From the human T2T-CHM13v2.0 reference genome, Homo sapiens, in assembly GCF_009914755.1 (NCBI RefSeq), contig NC_060947.1: a stretch of 64,000 bases of DNA. The stretch is one strand, 5' to 3'. Below are positions 57,730-64,000 of this stretch, in pieces. Below the pieces are notes generated by a model. That model searched no databases, was not told where the DNA came from, and was given only the letters and a program-made list of their open reading frames with translations. Numbering within the stretch: the stretch's first letter is position 1; each line of letters opens with the position of its first letter. A program made the translations under genes and the position numbers.

Positions 57730-58901
57730 TAGTCATGAGTTACTTAATGATGGAAATACATTGTGAGAAATGCATCAGTAAGGCGATTTAGTTGTGCGAA
57801 CATCATAGAGTGTACTTATATAAACCTAGATAGTATAGCCTACTACACACCTAGACTATATGGTGTAGCCTATGGGTCCTAGGCTACCAATTTTTATAGC
57901 ATGTGACTACTGAATACTGTACACAGTTGTAACACAATGACAATTATTTGTTTCTCTAAACATAAATAAACAGAAAAGATACTGCGAAAATATGATATAA
58001 AAGATTAAAAATGGTACCCTATATAGGGTACTTACTGTGGATGGAGCCTGAAGGACTAGAAGTTGCTCTGGGTGAGTGAGTGGTGAGTGAATATGAAGGC
58101 CAGGACATTACTATACACTACTATAGACTTTATAAATACTGTACACTTAGGCTACCCTAAATTTATAAAAATATTTTTCTTTCTCTAAAACAAATTTAAC
58201 TTTTGCTTACTTTAAACTTTCTACTTTTTAAACTTTTCAATTTTTTTAGCTTTTTGATTCTTTTTTAATAAAACTTAGCTTAAAACACACACATTGTTCA
58301 GCTGTACAAAAATATTTTTTCTATAAGCTTTGTTCTATTTATTTACTTTTTAAATGTTTTTGTTAAAAACAAATGCACAAACACACACATTAGCCTAGGC
58401 CTAAACAGCGTCAGGATCAATGTCAACGTCACTGTCTTCTACCTCCACATATTGTCCCACTGGAAGGTCTTCAGAGGCAATAACTCACATGGAGCTGCCA
58501 TGTCCTACGATAACAATGCTTTCTTCTGGAATACCTCCTGAAGGGGCTCCCTGAGACTGTTTTACAGTTAAACTTAAAAAAATCAGTAGGACTACACACA
58601 AAAATAACCAAAAAAGTATAGTATGGTAAAATACATAAACCAGTAACATAGTAATTTATTATCAAGTATTATGTACTGTACATAGTTGTATATGTGATAC
58701 TTTCATATGACTGGCAGGGCAGTAGGTTTGTTTACACCAGCATCATCACAAATACATGAGTAATATGTTATGCTATGACTTTACAAATGGCTACGATATC
58801 TCTAGGCATAGGAATTTTTCAGCTCCTTTATAATCTTATAGGACTACCTTCATTAATGTGGTCTGTCGTTGACCCAAACATTGTTATGTTGTGCATGACT
58901 G
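57730..58901 (-). mobile_element. Tigger3b-like (Golem) DNA transposon, about 1.17 kb
   Basis: TIRs 'agtcatgagttacttaatga' and 'gttatgttgtgcatgactg' plus TA; opposite orientation to the 37138 copy. Confidence 0.85.
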
Positions 58902-60971
58902 TAATTACAACTGTGACCACCCCTGCCAGTCCGTCTAGCCTACTCCCTATCTTCACTCCGTTATTTCTCAATGACCCCTAAATCTCCAATCTATTTATAT
59001 TACATTAATATTTCTATACCCACAATCCCACCCCCCATACACTCACTTCCTTTATTATTTAGCTTATATTCTGGAGTCCTTCAATTGTAGCAAGTCTCTG
59101 GCCATTACTAACTTACTTGCCCTTCATACTGCACTTACCTGGCAAAATGCTTTACCTTCCACATGATCTCTTTATCTCATTTACATTTTGTTTTCTAAGA
59201 TATTCTTTTTGCAGTGAGTCCTCCTTTCTCCTGAATTATCAGCTATTTCTGCTGTATAAGATCATTCTATTGTCATACAAAATATTCTCTGGTGTCTTTG
59301 TCATTAATATATCTAATCTTGACATAACTTGGGTATAAGTATCATTCATTAATATTACTTGAGGATGCATATTATACTTATGTACTCAATGTAAAGATGA
59401 TTCAGAATAAATTCTAAAATTACTAAGATGAGAAATAGCATGGAGTTTATTTTAAATATTCACATAATGTTTCTAAGATGCTGAACTTTTGAGCTCTGCT
59501 CTTTTTATACTTTATTCAGGTTCAGCTACATTTAAAATAACAGAACTATCCATTTTAGCAATTGACATAACAAACTCTGACTACTATTCAAAATTTTATG
59601 ATATATCAGAATACTGGAGAGGGAAGTAAGCCTATGCAAAATATACAGAAAAGTTTTTTTCTTTGTTATTCTAGTAACCTCACAACTACTCAATAAATCC
59701 CTTTATGATTATGTAGTACTTGTTCCTGAAGCCATAATAAAAGTACAAAAAAGAAAAGAGAACAGAGGTTTTACTCATATCTACCTGGCAAAATATCAGC
59801 CATATCTACATGGAGAGTCCGCATAGTATGAAAGTTTGCTTATAGAAACAAGCTTTCAAAGGTGTAGTTCATAGAATACCACGCTTTCACCAACTAGATA
59901 GTGGCTAATATGACAGGTCAATCTAAATAACAGAATAATATGTCAACATAGTTGGTGAAATAATACAAGCAAAACAATGTTGTTGCTTGACCAAATGCTA
60001 AACTAAAAGGTTCAGACAGATTTAAGGAAATCTGAGATGGTATCATTGAACTCTAGAAACTTAGAAAAGTAGAATGAATTATTGCTTGGGTCAAATCAGC
60101 AAGTTGTAACTCAGCAAGTATAACTCAACAAGAATCTCTTGAGCCCCTGCTACAGGCAAGGCATTGCCCTAAGCACGGGCTTTGGATCTGTGGAAAGGAG
60201 TGAGGTAGGTAATCTCTCTCATCCTTGATTTTGAAGACACCAGTTTACCCTCCATTCTTTCATGTTCTACAAGTCTCTGTGTAAATGAAATTTTATCCAG
60301 GCCAGTTAAAAACTTACTTACCCCTGAGTTGTTAATGTAACATTTATAACTGGTCTCCCCACCACCAATGTATCTCCAGAGCAAACACCTCATGGCAGGC
60401 TCTGAGTTTGTACTAATTCAGTACAGCATAATCAGGAAACTAGTACACTCTTTTATGCTAGGACAAGGTCCTTTTGAACTGCATCTTTTGGTATTATCCC
60501 TTTTTTAGCCTGTGTCTTAGCTACATGGAATTGCTTGGAGTTTCCAGAATATCTCAAACTTTCCTACTTTAGTACTTCTGTACATGGGTCCTGTGTCTGG
60601 AATGACTTTTCCTGCCTACTTTATCTCTTTCATTTTTGCTTTATTGTTTTGAATTGTTGATGTTGTTACTATTTTTTAACTTATTTTTTTCTATTGGCAT
60701 GATTGTACTTTTTTCTGGTTTTCTTTTAATTCTGGGAAATTTGGAATGTTTTGGAAAATAAAACAAAAATCTCACCATCCAAATCTATCTATAACTGTAG
60801 TTTTGGTCTGTATACGTCTAGTCATTTATTTGAACAACTTTATAATTTAAACTCTTATAGACTATCATGAATGCTATTTTATAATCTACCATTCCTTGTA
60901 ATATTGTGAGCTTCTATTATTACTATTTGATAATCTAATAACTATTTTTAACTATCACAATTACATTCAAC

Positions 60972-61414
60972 TGTAGGAGATTGGTCAGAGTGGTGGGAGA
61001 AATCATAGGGAAAGGGCACAAACCTTCTGAAAAGTCAGAAGGCTCTGCATAGCATCGGGGGAGAAGCTGAAGGCAGTCATTCTCTTACCTTGAGGCAGAG
61101 GGCAAGGAGTAGGTACAAGGAAGTGTAAGGAAATTTAGCATAAACAGGCTTGTTTACTTATGTTAACCAGGGACCGACCTTTGATCATCCGCACGTGAGA
61201 CTGCTCCCAGAAAGGGGGAACAATGTTAATTACCCACAGACTACGTTGGATCCAGGCTTTCGGCATTATGTCTGTACTAAATAAAAGCAAGCGCTGCAGC
61301 TTATTAAAACTGCTCACTCTTTGGCAGTCCCCTAGCTGCTCTTACACTGCATACATGTGTCTGAGTACTCCTTTCATCCATTGCTCAGCCAGGGTCTGCG
61401 GGACAGACCTGGCA
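60972..61414 (+). mobile_element. 5' LTR of a HERV-K(HML-5) provirus (LTR22 family)
   Basis: TG...CA termini, LTR22-type start 'tgtaggagattggtcagagtggtgggag', AATAAA at 61280, immediately followed by a PBS and gag. Confidence 0.88.
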
Positions 61415-61416
61415 GC

Positions 61417-61434
61417 TGGTGCCCTGTGTGAGGA
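61417..61434 (+). promoter_or_regulatory. Retroviral primer-binding site complementary to elongator tRNA-Met
   Basis: TGGTGCCCTGTGTGAGGA versus TGGTGCCCCGTGTGAGGA (complement of the tRNA-Met 3' end, from memory); one CpG-type mismatch. Confidence 0.85.
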
Positions 61435-61557
61435 TCACTGCAACGGATCGTGACAGAACCCTCAAAAATGAAGGTGAAGAGACTGTGCAGTCATTAAGTC
61501 ATTGGTGCCCACTTGGGATTTCCAAGTTTGAGGGAATTTTCAAGCTAGGGTTTCATC

Positions 61558-62945
61558 ATGGGACAACAGTTATCAGATCAACAGCAACAGTATATAAAAG
61601 TATTGAAACAGCTGCTTAAAGCTAGCAGAGCCTCGGTTTCTCAAGCTCAATTAAGGGATCTTATGCAAACTGTTGTTTCCTGTAACCCATGGTTCCCAGA
61701 AGAAGGTACGCTAGACCTAGAGCTCTGGGAGCAAGTGGGGAGAAATCTTAAACAACATCCTGCACAACGGCAATGGGTCCCAGTAAACATCTTTAACGTT
61801 ATGGGCCTTAGGACTGCTTTGGCCCTACTCTACACAGAAGAGCCTATAAAGGGAAGGGAGGAAGAACCATCACCTACCTTACCACCTCCTCCTCCTCCCT
61901 CAGCCCTGCTGTTACCGGGTAAAGATACAAAAGACGAAAAAGATTTTCCCTGAGCCCCCTCCCCGAACACATCGGAAAAAAGACAAGGGATACACTACAG
62001 TTATGGAACCCTGTCTTAGGCAAGCAGCATGAGAAGGGGAGCTCTTGGCCTGCCCGGTGATGCAAGATCAACAAGGCAATACTTATAAAGAGATAAGGAA
62101 AAGCATTAGAGAAAAAGAAGCCACTAGCCCATTTATGAAAGGATTAATTGAGACCACAGCAGACTACTTCCATGTGACCCCATGGGACTGGTCAGTGCTA
62201 GCTAAAACAACTTTAGAGCCCAGTCAATACCTCCTTTGGAAGGCAGAATATGATGAGTTGTGCAAACAACAAGCCAACCGGATTCAATGTGCCAGGCAAA
62301 ACATAATGGCTGCTATGCTCCAGGGCAGTGGTCCCTATGTGAATGTGCAACAACAATTAAGTTTTGTTCCCCAGGCCTGTGCACAAGTGTCTTTGTGTGC
62401 TCTCAGGGCTTCGGACCAAATTCTCTAATGCCGAATTCAACAGGTATCTTTTGTAAATATTCGACAAGGGCCTCAGGAGCCATTTGTTGAATTTATCAAT
62501 CGGTTAACCCAGGCAATTAAAAAACAATCATGCACAGGCCACTGATATCTTATTGTTGCAGTTGGCTTATGAAAATACTAATGTAGACTGCCAGCAGGCA
62601 ATGCAGGAAATCAGAGGAAAGGCAGCTACAGTTGAGAAACTTATATGAGCATGTCAGCTGGTGGGGACTGAAACACACAAATCCAGAATATTGGCTATGG
62701 CATTAAAGCCTCCTAACGTGAAAAGGGAGAAAAACCCAAATTGTTTTCTGTGTGAAGAGCCAGGTCATATGAAGCGGGAATGCCCCAATAGTAAAGACCA
62801 AAGTAACTCAGAAAAAGTACCCCCCTCTATATGCCCCCAATGTAAAAAGGGGAAACATTGGGCAAATCAATGCAAGTCTAAATTTGATAAAAATGGGAAC
62901 CCCCTAAGTAATCAAGTGGGAAATTTAATGCAGGGCCAGCCATAA
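61558..62945 (+). pseudogene. gag: HML-5 gag remnant (MA, CA, NC), disrupted
   Basis: MGQQLS (myristoylation Gly); PWFPEEGTLDL..WEQVG; MHR SFVNIRQGPQEPFVEFINRL (about 62447-62506); two CCHC knuckles CFLCEEPGHMKREC and CPQCKKGKHWANQC. Confidence 0.92.
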
Positions 62946-63687
62946 GCCCCACTCCAAACTGGGGCAATGCCAGCAGCTTTCCTTGGTCAGATGGGAGGCC
63001 CACAATTCTCTTAGAGCAGCCACCTCAGGGAGCCCAGGACTGGACTTACTCTGCCCCAATGAATTAGTGCTAAAAGGAGGAGAAGACCCTAAAAGGGTTG
63101 CAATATGAATCTGGGGCCCACAGCCTCTGGGAACAGTGGGATTAGTCCTAGGGTGATCAAGCATATCCAGTAAAGGAATCAGTGTGCTCACCAGGGTAAT
63201 TGTGATTATCAAGGTGAGATATTAGTTATGTTGCAATGTAAAGGTCTACATATTCTTCCCCCTAAATCTAAAATAGCTCAGTTACCAGTTGTACCATCCT
63301 GGGTCCCCAGCGCCCAGGGAAAGGAAAGGGGAGAAGGAGATTTTGGAAGCACAGGAGCCACAAGAGTATATTGGGACCAATTAATCACTGATCAGAGACC
63401 CATGATTACTTTAAAAATTGGAAATGAAAATTTTACTGGCTTATTAGACACAGGGGCAGACATTTCAATCATTAGTGATCAAAACTTGGCCGTGGGTCAC
63501 TCAGAAACAAAAAAATTGTTGGACTGGGGAAGCACATACAGCCAAGAAGAGCACGCACTCCCTAACATGTAGCGATTCAGAGGGAAGGAAAGCAGTCATA
63601 CACCTCTAATCATGCCCATCCTTGTTAATCTTTGGGGACAGGACCTATCAGCCCAATGAGGGGGTCACTCTGCTGACCCCTTTCTAA
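62920..63687 (+). pseudogene. pro: HML-5 dUTPase-protease remnant
   Basis: dUTPase-like ATSGSPGLDL (about 63020) and RGEGDFGSTG; aspartic protease active site GLLDTGADISII (about 63440-63475); NLWGQDL-type motif near 63630. Confidence 0.88.
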
Positions 63688-63837
63688 TAACAGCCACTTA
63701 TTCCTTCCCTGCCCCTGACGTGGCTCTCTCATAATCCAATTTTGGTAGAGCAGTGGCCTTTAAAGGGAGAGAAATTACAAAGAGCCCATGAATTAGTTTA
63801 GGAACAATTAAAAGCTGGCCATATAAAACCATCAAAC
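63680..63837 (+). pseudogene. pol: HML-5 pol N-terminus (start of RT), interrupted by L1
   Basis: Translates as LTWLSHNPILVEQWPLKGEKLQRAHELV*EQLKAGHIKPS, a betaretroviral RT start. Confidence 0.85.
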
Positions 63838-64000
63838 AAAAGGATGAGTTCATGTCCTTTGTAGGGACATGGATGAAGCTAAAAACCATCATTCTGAGCA
63901 AACTATCGCAAGGACAGAAAACCAAACACCACATGTTCTCACTCATAGGTGGGAGTTGAACAATGAGAACACTTGGACACAGGGTGGGGAACATCACACA
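63838..64000 (+). mobile_element. Young L1PA (about PA4-6) 3' fragment inserted in pol; runs off the window
   Basis: 'aaaaggatgagttcatgtcctttgtagggacatggatgaagct...ggacagaaaaccaaacaccacatgttctcactcataggtggg'. Confidence 0.88.

Noticed and set aside
57428-57766. 112-aa ORF as a possible transposase
   Set aside because: Within a non-autonomous Tigger4 element; no transposase motif.
61417-61436. tRNA gene fragment
   Set aside because: Only the 18-20-nt PBS complement is present; there is no tRNA body.

Overview
This is AT-rich, repeat-dense primate genomic DNA. It is almost certainly human, because it carries an AluYb8 with the diagnostic 7-bp insertion and a clean TSD at 53256-53568. I find no supportable cellular protein-coding gene, RNA gene, CpG island or CRISPR array, and nearly all long ORFs in the supplied track are LINE-1, Alu or ERV remnants. 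Main contents: a nested L1 stack at 1.9-8.5 kb (an L1MA with a twin-priming inversion, containing an L1PA13-like element, which itself contains an L1PB with an apparent 3' transduction); older L1M blocks; a near full-length but dead L1PA7-like element (46.7-52.85 kb) with an antisense ORF0-homologous frame; several MaLR solo LTRs and Tigger/hAT DNA transposons; and, at the right end, the 5' half of a HERV-K(HML-5)/LTR22 provirus with a tRNA-Met PBS and decayed gag, dUTPase-pro and pol start, interrupted by a young L1. Repeat-poor islands at about 14.3-19.3 kb and 39.7-44 kb could hold regulatory elements or small exons. Subfamily names come from remembered consensus features, not from a RepeatMasker run. 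I did not find a convincing undescribed biological system; the findings are mostly insertion-mechanism signatures plus a few speculative regulatory or splicing candidates.
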